64,000 bases of DNA from Ruditapes philippinarum (taxonomy: Eukaryota), in the NCBI RefSeq assembly GCF_026571515.1, contig NW_026857808.1:1-64000 (forward strand), written 5' to 3'. This document shows, piece after piece, positions 10,924 to 23,725 of the stretch. A model generated the notes under the pieces. The model was not told where the DNA came from, did no database searches, and was given only the letters and a program-made list of their open reading frames with translations. Each line of letters begins with the position of its first letter. The stretch's first letter is position 1. The translations under genes and the position numbers were made by a program.

Positions 10924-11789
10924 TAACAAACAGTAGGGACCTAAGAATAGAGATTGATAAAGAATTATTGTTTTCTACTAATGGTCATTCCTTTCACAGG
11001 AAAAAAGTGATGAAGTAACTGAGAAAACTTTCAAATGGCCATTTTAACATGAAAAGATAGTGATGTTTAACCTTTTCCCTTATACAAGGGGTGTCCCAGA
11101 ATTACGTGGACTTTTGCTATAACTTTTTTATTTTTTAATGCATTTTTTAGCAAATTTGTACACAATACCTTTAACATATCCTTAATGAATATGTCCATTA
11201 TTTTTAAATTTCCAATATTGCTTCTCTATATTTTACGTCGCTATAGTAACACAGTATGCGCAGGGCTGGGCAGTCCAATATTTTGTATTAATAAGTTGTC
11301 TTTACTTATACGTAATCAAAGCACAGAAGGCGCTGAATTTGTTTGGGTCTCAGAATGTAAGAAAGGTGCAGGTTGTGAGATTATATGTATAGTGCCACCA
11401 ACGGGCTGAAGAAAACCATATTATTCTAAATTAGGTCTTGTAACGACTTTAACTGTTGTTTAACACAGATGTAAATAATCCTGGAGCTTACTATAAGCTT
11501 TTATATTTATAAAGAAGCAAAGGGCTGCAAGTTCTGTGGTATTTTCTGATCTTTGCAATCTAAATCGTACTGTATATCTGTATGCATTTTCCTGTATATG
11601 TTTATTTTTATGTATTATAATTCATTTTGCAAGGCACCAGAGTTGGATACATACGGAATTCTGCATAACTAGAGTTGCATCAAAAAATCATTTATGTTCA
11701 TTTTTTACGACAGTCACACTTTATCCTTGCATATCATGGCTACTTCCTTAACAAAAACACTTAAAAAAGAATTTTACAAAAAAAAAAGT

Positions 11790-11861
11790 TTCCTTGACTG
11801 GGATTCGAACTCGAGACCTCTCACTCACTACGCGAGCGCATTACCACTGTACCACGGAGAA
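11790..11861 (-). other. tRNA-like (Thr-AGT-derived) pseudo-tRNA / Pol III cassette inside the mariner element
   Basis: Minus strand: A-box TGGTACAGTGG, anticodon arm CTCGC-gtAGTga-GTGAG, B-box GTTCGAATCC, then a T run. Acceptor and T stems do not pair. Confidence 0.6.
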
Positions 11862-12729
11862 GTTATACAGAGATAGTCGGAATAATATCAAGTCATTCTA
11901 AATTTAGAACTTCCATTGCATTTCGGGTTTGTAATATCCTTATTAATTTCGAGGTATTTTGTTCAGGGTAAACCTGTTGTTTAAAATTTGAAGTAAATAT
12001 TTTAGCGAAAATCCTCTCGCCAAACAGTCATCGACATGTAGAATCTATATATTCCACTACTCGGTTTTGTGTAGTATTCGGTAATAAATAGTATTTTTCA
12101 TTGATAAAATCATATTCATCCGCGTAATTTGTGATTGTGCATTTATTGACGACAATTCTATAAGCCAACGCTATTGTTTAACTTTAAATGCGTTGTAATT
12201 TGTTGATACTTTGTAACAAAATAAAATATTTCTTTTTTTTAAATCGCTAGTTTTAAGCTGTTTTTGAGAACTACTTGTTGTTAGGTTTGTCGTAAACTTC
12301 TGTGTCAGAGATTGAATGTCCGCTTTGTATTTAGTTATTTTCGATCAGAAAATACAATAAAACAATATTAGAAATCTTCAACCATTCGGGAATTACTTTG
12401 CTTGAAAATTGATGCGCCTGTCTTTGACCATCTTTACGCAGTGATCTCCCCTGAATTTTTCGGCTTTAGTGTACATACAAAAGGGAAGTAACCGCTTCAA
12501 AAAAGTGGACTACTTTCGGCATTTGCAATTAACAACATTAGACTCTGAAATTTCGCTACCATTATTTGTTTGGTCTGACGACCCAAACAAATAAAAAATG
12601 GCGTGACGTCGTAAGCATATGCAGTGACTTCATATGAAAGTTCGTTTGAAATTTTGACGTCATAGCTGTTTCCGTTATTGTTTACCAGCGGACAACTGAC
12701 AACCGTTGCTCTTGGATATTTAACAAAAA

Positions 12730-13053
12730 ATGACGTCCACGGATTACGCGGAACATCCGACTATCATCAAGTTTTGTGTTAATCTTGGGAAGACGCCAAC
12801 ACAGACGCAGGAAATGTTGGAGACTGCAAAAGTGAGACCTCCTGTTTGTCGATCACTCGTTTTCAAGTGGCACAAGCATTTTCGAGACGGCCGGGAGGAC
12901 ATTGAAGACGACAAGGGTCGTGGGAGAAAGTCAACGTTGACTGCGGCGTCAATTAAGGAAGTCAAGGACGTCATAGATCGGGACAGGCGTTACAATGCTG
13001 AGTACTATTCAAGGATAAGCAATAATTTTGTGTTTAAAAAAAATGATTTTTAA
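12730..13053 (+). pseudogene. Truncated mariner transposase: N-terminal HTH DNA-binding domain fused to a short catalytic-domain fragment
   Basis: IIKFCVNLGKTPTQTQEML..VFKWHKHFRDGREDIEDDKGRGR..VIDRDRR matches the Mos1/SETMAR-type HTH. The next residues YNAEYY resemble the (T)VNAEYY motif far downstream, implying an internal deletion. Confidence 0.82.
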
Positions 13054-13270
13054 AAATTAAGCTAATCACAATTTATTATTTTAAACGCAATTTATCCGCT
13101 TCAGCTTTTAAGAAAGTGAACTCAAACTGCTATAGTAAGCAGTGCGCATGATAGGTTATTTCCCTTGTTAACGCACATTGTCTTTGCGTACAAAATAAAC
13201 TCCACAATAATAAGAATAATAATAATAATAATAAAAAGAATAATAATAATAATAAAAATAATAATAATAA

Positions 13271-14347
13271 CTAGAAATGTGTCATCATGCCATGGATGCC
13301 CCCGCATGCAGCCAAAATTTCAGATGGTACAATAATTATTTTTTTCATTTTAAGTTCAAAAGCCCTTAAAACTTTTCAATGTTAACACAAACCATTTTCA
13401 TACAATGTTCAAGGCACTGAAATTATTCAGTCTTAACCTTTTAAAAATAGCATATTGCATATTTGTAGCCAAAATAATGGCTAAAAGCATAAGTGCTGAA
13501 ACTGAAAGTTCAAAATTTTTCCAACATTCAGGAAAGATAAGTTTGTCTAAAATCATTGAACCACGACCAAATTCAAACTTAAACTGCTTATTCCTAAGAT
13601 GTATCTATATTATTTTCAAAGTGAAAGGGACATAACTCTGCCAAAAAATCATCAAACCATGACCAAATTCCAACTTGACCTGCCCATTCCTTTGACATAT
13701 CCATATGTCAAATTTAAGTTGAATATGTAACACTGTTGGGTAGATAATGAACAGAAACTGTAAATTTCATATTATTTTCAAAGTGAAAGGGGCATAACTC
13801 TGCCAAAAATCATTGAACCATGACCAAATTTGAACTTGACCTGCGCATTCCTTTGACGCATCCATATGTCAAGTTTGAGTTGAATGTGTTGTACCTTTGG
13901 GGAGATAATGAACGGAAACTGAAAATTTCATATTATTTTCAAAGTAAAAGGGGCATAACTCTGCCAAAAATCATCCAACCATGACCAAATTCGAACTTGA
14001 CCTGTATTTTCTCATGACATATCCATATGTCAAGTTTGAGTTGAATGTGTTGTACCGTTGGGGAGATAATGAACGGAAACTGAAATTTCATATTATTTTC
14101 AAAGTAAAAGGGGCATAACTCTGCCAAAATTCATCGAACCATGACCAAATTCGAATTTGACCTGTATTTTCTCATGACATATCCATATGTCAAATTTGAG
14201 TTGAATGTGTGCAACCGTTCTTAAGATAATGAACGGAAACTGATGATGACGGAATGACAGAATGACGGAAGGGCGTAAGGACGGAAGGACGGAATGACGT
14301 AACAGGGTAACACTATATGCCCTGGCCATTACATGGCGGGGGCATAA
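13271..14347. mobile_element. HINE/pearl-like element (second family) with ~4-5 x ~160-bp repeats, inserted in an (AAT)n tract of the mariner
   Basis: Subterminal IR ATGCCCCCGC (~13296) / GCGGGGGCAT (~14336). Monomer CATAACTCTGCCAAAA at ~13631, 13793, 13954 and 14114. GACGGAAT/GACGGAAG microsatellite and a 3' hairpin. Confidence 0.85.
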
Positions 14348-14917
14348 AAATAATAATGATAAATAATAATAATAATACGGCGCCAGCATTATCACCGTCG
14401 TTTTTAACACTATTATCGTAACAAAAGTTAATAGTATGCTTTATTATTATTATTATTATTATCATTATTATTATCACAGTGTACGACCAGTGGATATATC
14501 AACACCATAGGTGTATTGAGGCGCCGAGTATGTTGAGAAAAACTGACATTCGACGCCATGTTTATAAACAACTAGCGACGCAACCGGAATGACGTCGTAA
14601 CGTCGGAATGGACTGCCCCGCACCTGCTACCCCTTGTCTCATAACCCTGCCCACAGACACTGATCCAGTTGCCGGACAACTTTGAAATTTTTTGTACTAA
14701 TGCAATAAAGTTGCATTTTGTTCATGTTAATTTTGTTTGTTTTTATTTTCAGTTGTTTTTGAGTTACAGCAAAAGTCCACGTAATTCTGGGACACCCCTC
14801 GTATACGCGTGTTTCGATGGCTTTCTGCCCCCAACCCTTTTCTAAGGCTTCAAACAATGAAAACATGCCCTATTTAGGCCCCAAACACTGTTTTTCGTTT
14901 GAGAAATGTTGTTAAAA

Positions 14918-16516
14918 CAAGAGGGCCATGATGGCCCTGAGGTCGCTCACCTGTATATAGGCCCCCCAACCCCCCCCCCCCCCCCCCACCTTGCAGGGCC
15001 AATTTAACCCAAGGGCTTTTATTTGCACAAACTTGGTAGACACCCATAAGAAGATGTTTCATGCTAAACATCTCAGCTTGAGCTCATTGGGCTTTTTAAA
15101 AGAAGATTTTTTTTAAAGTTTTTACTATAAACATATAGTTTAAAACAATGACACCCCTGGGGCCGGGCCAGTTTTGACCCCAAGGCTTTTATTTGAACAA
15201 ACTTTGTAGACACTTACTAGAAGATGTTTCATGCTTAATATCTAAACTCTAGCTATTTGGGTTTTTTCAAAGAAGATTTTATGTTTTTGCTATACACATA
15301 TAAAGAAAATCAATGACCCCCAGGGCGGGGCCAATTTTGACCCCAGGTCTTTTATTTGAACAAACTTTGTAGACACTCACTAAAAGATGTTTCATGCTTA
15401 ATATCTTAACTCTAGCTATTTGGGTTTTTTCAAAGAAGATTTTTTAAGTTTTTGCTATACACATATAAGGAAAATCAATGACCCCCGGGGCGGTGCTAAT
15501 TTTGACCCCAGGGCTTTTATTTGAACAAACTTGGTAGACACCTATTAGAACATGTTTGATGCTAAATATCTTAGCCATAGCTCTTTGAGTTCTTTAAAAG
15601 AAGATTTTTTTAAGTTTTTACTATATGCATATAGGGAAAATCAATGACCCCCCGGGGCGGGGCCAATTTTGACCCCAGGGCTTTTATTTGAACAAACTTG
15701 GTAGACACTTATTAGAACATGTTTCATGCTAAATATCTTAGCTCTAACTCTTTTGGTTCTTTAAAAGAAGATTTTTTAAGGTTTTTACTATATGCATATA
15801 GGGAAAAATCAATGACCCCCCGGGGCTGGGCCAATTTTGACCCCAGGGCTTTTATTTGAACAAACTTGGTAGACACCCATTAGAACATGTTTGATGCTCA
15901 ATATCTTAGCCATAGCTCTTTGAGTTCTTTAAAAGAAGATTTTTTAAGTTTTTACTATATGCATATAGGGAAAATCAATGACCCCCGGGGCGGGGCAAAT
16001 TTTGACCCCAGGGCTTTTATTTGAACAAACTTGGTAGACACCCATTAGAACATGTTTCATGCTAAATATCTTAGCTCTAGCTCTTTGGGTTCTTTAAAAG
16101 AAGATTTTTTAAGTTTTTACAATATGCATATAGGGAAAATCAATGACCCCCTGGGGCGGGGCCAATTTTGACCCCAGGGCTTTTATTTGAACAAACTTGG
16201 TAGACACTCACTAGAAGATGTTTCATGCCAAATATCTAAGCTCTAGCTCTTATGGTTTTTTAAAAGAAGATATTTAAAGTTTTTTCTTTCGGTTGCCATG
16301 GCAACCAGAGTTCTGCATGGAATTAAATTCTTTGAACAATTTTTAAAGGTGACCACCAAAGGAACATTCCTGTGTTTGGATGAAATTGGCTTAGTGGTTT
16401 ATGAGGAGATGTCATTTAAAGTAAAAGTTTACGGACGGACGACGGACGGACGGACGGACGCCAGACGAAAAGCGATCACAAAAGCTCACCCTGTCACTTT
16501 GTGACAGGTGAGCTAA
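14918..16516. mobile_element. HINE/pearl-like element (third family) with 8 x ~166-bp satellite-like monomers
   Basis: 5' CAAGAGGGCCATGATGGCCCT palindrome and subterminal IR GCTCACCTG / CAGGTGAGC. Eight monomers GGGCCAATTTTGACCCCAGGGCTTTTATTTGAACAAACTTGG. (GGAC)n at 16431-16460 and 3' hairpin CTGTCACtttGTGACAG. Confidence 0.9.
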
Positions 16517-17299
16517 AAAGTGACCACTTTTTCGGCACTGTCCCCCATCCAAATGTTACATCAGGGGGTTGTCCTCTTCTGCTTGGGGGTTTGAAGGGGG
16601 GCAGCAGTCCCCCTCATCGCCAATAAAATTTTGGACATGTGACAGGCTAAAAATGGACTCAGGTCGATCTTAGAGTAACTAGTAACCGATGCTGAAAAGC
16701 ATTTTACTCTATCTCAATTCATTGAAAAGTTGCAGCACTTTGAAATCAGTTTTGATGGAAAAAAACTATGCAAAATAGTGATTTTTGGCAATTTTGAGAC
16801 GTCCCCCCATTGCCATGGTAACAGGAAATTTACGATTGAGCATGCTGTTACAGAGGTTATGGTCTAGTGAACATTTGTGCCAAGTGTCATCAGTATTGAA
16901 GTATTTTTCATAGTTTCATAGCAGTCTGAACTTGTTACAGGAGGCTTTTCAATGAAAACGGCCATTTTAGCAATATGCTCAAGGGGTAAAAGGTTAAATG
17001 GATACTGTAAAATATATTTATTTCATTCTCACAAGTACAGTGTTATATTTATTCTTTGTAATGTGTTAATGGAAGTTAAGAACAATACAATAAAGGAATA
17101 ACAGTAGAGTAGATATACCCCAGACAGAGTTATTGTTTTCTTAAATCTTCATTGTGATATATATCAGTTATAAACCAAGAAACAAGGCATATAAATCTGG
17201 TTAATGAAAAGAAGAGGATAATGATTTTTTTCTTTCGCAAATTTTCCTCCCTAGAAAATGGGATTGCACTTAATAGGTAAAGGAAAAGGAATTTGGGAC

Positions 17300-17735
17300 T
17301 GAACTCATAATCCCTGTCTTTCCCTAGATGTCATTATCTGATCACTCCTGTGAAGTTTGGTTGTAATCTCACCAGCAGTTTGACCTATGAAAGCCAGACA
17401 AGATTTTTCTTTTTTTTTGGCAGGAAGCGGAACATGCAGGCGATGTGCACAACTGGGGATGGTTCTGATCTCTACTGTGAAGTTCCATTGAAATTCAACC
17501 AGCAGTTTTACCTTTGAAAGCCAGACAAGATTTTTCTATTTTTTTGCTCTGGGGCCATTTTACACAGCAAAGTAGAATGTGCTGGCAAAGTGCACAACTA
17601 GGAATGGTACTGATCAATTCGTCGTTGAAATCCTATCAGTAGTTTGACCTGTGAAAGGCGGACAAGCTTAATGCAGATAGAGGGATGGACAGGCTGACGG
17701 ACAGACGGCAATGGCCAAAAAAAAAATGTTTCCTA
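17300..17735. repeat. Degenerate HINE-like remnant (3 diverged ~130-bp units plus a GGAC-type tail); a similar remnant lies at ~1490-1790
   Basis: Repeated cagcagtttgacct.tgaaagccagacaag, followed by ggacaggctgacggacagacgg. Confidence 0.5.
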
Positions 17736-17941
17736 ACATAAATTTATATAGAAGATAATAAAAGTGTTCTAGAACAAAATACTTTTCATCATATAAATGT
17801 TCATATTAGAATATCCTGATATCCAAATGATACCTTTCTATTGTTCTTACTTATTAACAGTGTGTTGTATATGATTTAACTTTGCTTAAGCAACAGCAAA
17901 GTAAGCCTATCTTACCCCCAGTATTTTGGATCATCCCCCAT

Positions 17942-18099
17942 ATATAGATCTACCCTAGTGGATTCTCATTGCCGTATAGAGGAGGAGGATTGACTCCTTG
18001 TTAGGAAGGAGAACAATTATACTACCATCAGATGGATGGCAAGATATGTGGGATTCTGATCTACACCATACTGTTGGTGTGACTGAGTTTACTATGAAA
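17942..18099 (+). pseudogene. Second orphan fragment of the HSPA12 C-terminal coding region
   Basis: atatagatctaccc..gattctcattgccgtatagaggaggaggat..ccatcagatggatggcaagatatgtgggattctgatctacac..gactgagtttactatgaaa is a degenerate YRST..DPHYCIEEED..PSDGW.DMWDSDLH..TEFT.K. It is paralogous to 2381-2515. Confidence 0.87.
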
Positions 18100-19759
18100 T
18101 AACAAAACAATGTTCCTTTTGCTATGTATCTCAAATTTTACAAAAATTAGACTGTTTACAATGAAAATAATACATAAATTTTAAAAAAGTCATAGTGACA
18201 CCTGCCATAGTGCAAAGAGGTATTTTCCATGCAAACTTATGTATTAACATATATATTTTTACATGGAATTATTTTAACAATGACATTTAAACATTTTTAC
18301 CCCCCCCCCCCAAAAAAAAATGTTTTATTTCATTTTAATCCAAAAAAGGCCAAAAACATACTTGTCACTATTACAAGCCATTTAGGTGAATTTCCCAGAG
18401 CTATGTACAGAAAGTAATGGAAGTCAATGTTTAGCTAGGTTATCAAATTCGTGAATTATATCAATGATTTTGTTTGCTAAAATCACTTCTGATACATGAT
18501 ACAACTTATTCATTTTATGCGTACAGTATACTCTTGAGAAAAAAGATATAATGTTTAAATGAGATTAGAGCTATAGAATTCATATCTATATACTACTAAT
18601 TTTTAAATTTATCCTTAATCTGAAACATTGGATGAAAGAAAATCAACATGTAAAAACATGGCACAAGTCTAAATTAAAGTTGTAACATTTTTGTGAAATA
18701 GGATAGCAGGAAATAATGGTAAGTGAATATTAATTAAACTATTTATGAAATGTTAAAAATAGTAATAGTAAATCAGTATTTTTCTAATCAATTATTTTTC
18801 ACTCTTGACCTATCTTTAAAGGAGCTCCAATGAGGTCTAAAGACTAAAATATAAAATTTAGAATTCTTACATACATCAAGTGAAGCACTTTAAAATTGAA
18901 ACATCATCAAAGGATAATAAAGAATGTGTTGAGAATTAGATTTTGTGTGTGTGCGATTATTAGCACGACCGTAACATTTAAAATACAAAATTGATAATAA
19001 TTTTGAGAAAAGAGATAATGATCTGAAAATATGAACAAAAGTTATTGGTCCAGACCTACATAAAATGATACACAAATTTCAGAAACAATATTTCTAGCCC
19101 AGTCTTGTCAAAAAAAACCTCATTCGAGTCCCTTTCCCTGCTTCATGTATATGAATTGCATAATTTTTTTTTTGTATTTGCAATCAGCATAAAGTTGATA
19201 TGACAGTATTGATATCATGAGGATGATAAAAATTAGCAAATAATTATATAAATATCACACAAAAAATTGGCATGTGCTTTTTCTATATATATGCCCCATC
19301 CCCACCTCATGAATACATTTTTGAAGATTGTAATAATTACTTTAAGCTGACAAATCTAAATCAATCTTTCACAAATATTTTGGCACATTTAATTAGTTGT
19401 TCAAAATGAGGGAATGTAACTGGCAAAATTATAAGATTAAATATGTACAGTATAATTATTTTCATATAAAACCTTTTATTTGTCTATATATCGATCAAAT
19501 TTAAATTAGGGCAATGATTTTCACAATTATCAATACATCTTTTCCTTTTTTGATAAAGGTATAGGTATACAAGGCCAATACAATAAAGAATATATTGAAT
19601 GATCATATTTCAACTTCTCAATAACAAAAATCTCCAAGGGCGCCATATAGGTGTATCTTATAAGAAACAGAATAGAAGAAAAAAATGCAAAAACAAAACT
19701 GATTTCGGTTAGAAACTTTAATGTTCTGATCACTTGGAAATATTTAAATAGAAATGAAG

Positions 19760-19876
19760 GTACGTAGAAAACTTAGTCAAATTCTATTTTCTATTTGTAT
19801 ATAAACGATATCAATAACAGCAGCAGTACAATATAATTATGTGGATAAAAAAAAATGTTTTTATTTTTAATTTCAG
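19760..19876 (+). other. Putative 5'-UTR intron of HSPA12 copy 4 (paralog 27032-27145 for copy 5)
   Basis: AAG|GTACGT (copy 5: AAG|GTAGGT) donor and a T-rich TTTCAG| acceptor 44 nt upstream of the ATG, conserved in both copies. Confidence 0.5.
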
Positions 19877-19920
19877 ATACATTAACTAAGATTAGTTATT
19901 AAATTAAAACTGTAACAAGT

Positions 19921-21987
19921 ATGGGAGCAACCATACAACCTACAGTTAGACAAGAAACTGAACAGAGTAATGAAAGCAGAAAGAAGAAATCTCAGGATTC
20001 TCTACATGAGGATAAAGTGGACAAGCCTCTTGTTGTACAACCAACAGCAAGACGAAAAACTAAACTTGTTGTACAACCAACAGCAAGACGAAAAACTAAA
20101 CTTGTTGTACAACCAACAGCAAAACGAAAAACTAAACTTGTTGTACAACCAACAGCAAGACAACAACCTGGACAGAGTAATGAAAGCAGAAAAAAGAAAT
20201 CTCAGGATTTTCAGCTAGAGGATAAAGTGAACAAGACTCTTGTCAAACAACCAACAGTTAGAAAAGTTGAACAAAATGAACAAAGTAATAAAAGCAGAAA
20301 CAAGCCTCTTGTTGTAGTAGCCATAGATTTCGGAACAGTCCATTCCGGGTTTGCATATTCCTTTAAGGGAAATGAAGACAACATAAAGTCAGCAGAACAT
20401 GGAGGAATGCTGCAGGAAGATAGAGTACCTACAATATTGTTATTAAAACCAGACAAAACATTCAATTCATTTGGATACAATGCACAGACTGATTTTCATG
20501 AGCTTTCTGAATGTGACAGATCAACATTTTACTACTTTGAAAACTTTAAAATGAAAATATATCAAGAAAGTAAAATTGAAAGAGAAATGGTAGTAAAAGA
20601 TATTTCTGGTAAACCACTTGAAGCTATGACAGTGTTTTCAATAGCAATAAAACATCTTAAACATGAAGCATCAAAGATAGTTTTAGATTCAATACTTGGA
20701 CTGAAAGAAACTGACATTCAATGGATGATAACAATTCCAGCAATTTCATCTGACTCTGCACGTCAGTTCATGAGAGAAGCTTCGACAAAAGCAGGAATCC
20801 CAGAGACACATCTTCGACTTGTTCTTGAGCCTGAAGCAGCAGCTTTATACAGTACACCACGAATAATGACAGAAGCAATACCATGCGGGTTTATGTACAT
20901 ACTTGCTGATTTAGGTGGAGGGACAACAGACATATGTGCTCATAAAATAATAGATGGTGGCAAAATACAAGAAATATTCCGAACAACAGGAGAAACCTCT
21001 GGTGGCAGTGATGTTGATGATTGTTTTATTAACATGATGAAAACTTTAATAGGAGAAAAGGTTTGGAGTGAATTCTCAACTACCCACCCATCAGCTTGTG
21101 TAAGCCTTGTTAATGAGTTTAGATTGAAGAAAAAAGAGTTAAAATCACAAACAAATAATATACAATTGAGAATGGAAAATGCTCTGGTGCATGTCATAGG
21201 AGGGAAAAAAATGAACTTGAATGATATAGTTAAAAAGTCAAAATATGTCAGAAAACTTGAGTATAATTCTATGGACGCTAGACTTACAATCAACAGAGAG
21301 ATGCTGGAAGACTTATTCAAGCCATCAGTTGATAAAATCATTAGCAAATTGGTTGATGTACTAAAACAATGTGATGAAAATGAAATGAGAACAATCATTT
21401 TAGTTGGAGGATATAGTGAATCTCCTTATGTAAGGGAGAGAATTCAGTCAACATTCAGTAAAATGAGAGTTATCCTTGTAGATGATGCTAGACTGGCTGT
21501 GTTAAATGGGGCAGTGATGATGGGCTGGAAACCGAAAAACATCATACAACGTAGGTCCAGGTACACTTATGGATTTGCAGTTTATAAACCATTCAGAAAG
21601 GGAATAGATCCAGAACAACTTAGGATTTATTATGATGGGGACATTTATTGTGACATGATATTTCAGAAGATGATAGAAAAAGGTCAGATAGTGGAGTATG
21701 GACAGACATTTATATCTGAACAGTATGAAACAGCCACTACAGTAGAAGAAAAATATAAAGTGAGATATGTAGATCTATATAGATCTACCCAAAAAGATCC
21801 TCAATACTGTATAGAGGAGGAAGACTGTAGCTTAGTAGGAACAATAAGAATTTTACCACCATCAGATGGATGGCCAGATATGTGGGATCATGATCTACAC
21901 CTTATTGTTGGTGAAACTGAGTTCACTGTTAAGTATTTTAATCTTAATACAGGACAGGAATATGAAGCACAAATGGATTTTCTGTAA
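19921..21987 (+). CDS. HSPA12: HSPA12-like copy 4, intact single-exon CDS, 688 aa
   Basis: All NBD motifs present (AIDFGT, LEPEAAA, DLGGGTTD, LVGGYSESP). N-terminal 36-bp tandem repeat. Confidence 0.94.
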   Translation: MGATIQPTVRQETEQSNESRKKKSQDSLHEDKVDKPLVVQPTARRKTKLVVQPTARRKTKLVVQPTAKRKTKLVVQPTARQQPGQSNESRKKKSQDFQLEDKVNKTLVKQPTVRKVEQNEQSNKSRNKPLVVVAIDFGTVHSGFAYSFKGNEDNIKSAEHGGMLQEDRVPTILLLKPDKTFNSFGYNAQTDFHELSECDRSTFYYFENFKMKIYQESKIEREMVVKDISGKPLEAMTVFSIAIKHLKHEASKIVLDSILGLKETDIQWMITIPAISSDSARQFMREASTKAGIPETHLRLVLEPEAAALYSTPRIMTEAIPCGFMYILADLGGGTTDICAHKIIDGGKIQEIFRTTGETSGGSDVDDCFINMMKTLIGEKVWSEFSTTHPSACVSLVNEFRLKKKELKSQTNNIQLRMENALVHVIGGKKMNLNDIVKKSKYVRKLEYNSMDARLTINREMLEDLFKPSVDKIISKLVDVLKQCDENEMRTIILVGGYSESPYVRERIQSTFSKMRVILVDDARLAVLNGAVMMGWKPKNIIQRRSRYTYGFAVYKPFRKGIDPEQLRIYYDGDIYCDMIFQKMIEKGQIVEYGQTFISEQYETATTVEEKYKVRYVDLYRSTQKDPQYCIEEEDCSLVGTIRILPPSDGWPDMWDHDLHLIVGETEFTVKYFNLNTGQEYEAQMDFL
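20029..20163 (+). repeat. Coding minisatellite, 36 bp x ~3.7 (LVVQPTARRKTK)
   Basis: cttgttgtacaaccaacagcaagacgaaaaactaaa starts at 20029, 20065, 20101 and 20137. Confidence 0.95.
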
Positions 21988-22912
21988 TTACAAACAGTAG
22001 AGACCTAAAGATTAAGATTGAAAAACAATTGTTGTCTATTACTTTCATTTCTTAAAATGGTCATTCCTTTCACAGGATAAAGTAGAAGTGATGGCCATTT
22101 TAACATAACAAGATAGTGATGTTTAAATAGATACTGCGAAATATATTAATTTTATTCTCACAAGTACAGTGTTATATTTCTACATGTAATGTGCTAATGG
22201 AAGAAATGATTCAGACTGTAGAAAAGACATACCTTAGACAGAATTATTGTTTTCTTAAATATTTCATTGTAGTACTTTTCAGTTATATACCAAGAAACAA
22301 GGGTATAAGACTGGTTAAGGAAAAGAAGAGGGAAATGAGCAGATTTTTTTCTTCCCAATCTTTCCTCTCTACAGAATGGAATTGCCCTGAATAAGTAAAG
22401 CAAAAGAATTGGTATTGGATTTTACCATTTTATTATGTCTTCAGGATGGCTGATGAAGACATCAATTGAGTGTTGAAATTAATGTAGACAAAAAGCTAGG
22501 GCAAATTACAGACTGGTTAATAATAAAGAGCAGGAGAGGGGGTGGGCTTGCAGACAAAGTTCAAAGTGTAATATATATTAAGTAAAATAAATTGTCATCA
22601 CCAAGGCTGTTTCATGAAACATTAATCAATAAATGAAGAACAATAATAAATGACAAATTTATTGTCCTTTATCTTTTATTTATTTCCCTGAAAAATCTGA
22701 CCTTTGTTACTGGACACATATCTTGCTTTATAACTTTTGCTTGGGGTACTTGTTATAATGAAGGGGTTTATATAAGTTTCAATACAAATTCATTTACCAA
22801 TTTGTAACTTTAAATAAAAGATATTGTTTTAGTGTAGACAAAATTAATCAAGCATGAAATATTATCAACAAGATTTAAATAGTTCTATCATAATCAAATT
22901 ACAAAATCAATA

Positions 22913-23725
22913 CTGTGGTAAGTGTTTTTTTCTGTGGTGACTTTATTTTTGCCTATTCTGCGATCAGTTTTAGCACTGCAGAAATTAAAACTGCAGAATA
23001 ATTCCCCATGTTTTGTTTTTACCCCGTTATGATTTGTGTCCTACATTATGACCTGTGTCATCTAAAGTAAAAAAACTAACGGATTATAACGGTTGGCCGG
23101 TCATTGTGTTGTATGAAATTGCTGTGGGCTAAGTATGAAATGGGTGTTTGCAAGGATGCACTTACTGTTCATTATGTCAATTTATGAATAAAGATATTTA
23201 AACATCATATATACCCGTTAATAATATTTTTCACACTTCTATTCACGCTGATCAAAAGATGCATACTTTAATATTGTTGCACATTATTTTTGTTTGCACA
23301 TCACCAAATGAGTATTAATTACTTTTTTGCAGTGCCAAAGATGAACAAATGAAAATATGTTTATGCAAATGTTATAGGTAGAGTAATATGACTTAGTCAT
23401 TGATGTATTTAAATGTTTGTTTTGAAATAAATTCAAATAAAGTCTGGTCACCGCTTTCTTTTTTTTGTCCAGCTCTCGGTTAGCTCCCTTGCAGTTGTAA
23501 TTTATCTTTGCTATGGTGATATCTGTGATACTTATAACAAAATAGTCTGTACGAAAAGTAAACTTTATTGTAGCTCCACCATGACAATGGCGACATTTTA
23601 TGATAAGGTCACCCGCAGAATTTGAATATTGTTTTGTCCAAACAATGTGCCACAGAAATAAAGTCACGGTAATAAAAACATGCCAAAATTGGGAAAAACG
23701 CAGAATTTGGAGCCCGCAGAAACTA
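22913..23725. mobile_element. Left part of the TA-target MITE (paralog of 7643-8191)
   Basis: TA|CTGTGGTAAG start; 23165-23720 aligns with 7643-8177; empty site at 24528-24529. Confidence 0.62.

Larger units (their letters stand above)
11085..14801 (+). mobile_element. Tc1/mariner element, internally deleted
   Basis: ~40-bp TIRs C(A/G)AGGGGTGTCCCAGAATTACGTGGACTTTTGCT and a TA TSD (11083-84, 14802-03). Contains a transposase remnant. Confidence 0.9.
11071..16993. mobile_element. piggyBac-like non-autonomous element carrying nested insertions
   Basis: TTAA|CCTTTTCCCTT ... AAGGGGTAAAAGG|TTAA (TSD at 11067-11070 and 16994-16997). The empty site gtgatgtTTAAatggatactg is after copy 1 (~1055-1075). 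Confidence 0.8.

Noticed and set aside
11790-11861. Functional tRNA-Thr gene
   Set aside because: Acceptor and T stems do not pair; it lies inside a transposon.
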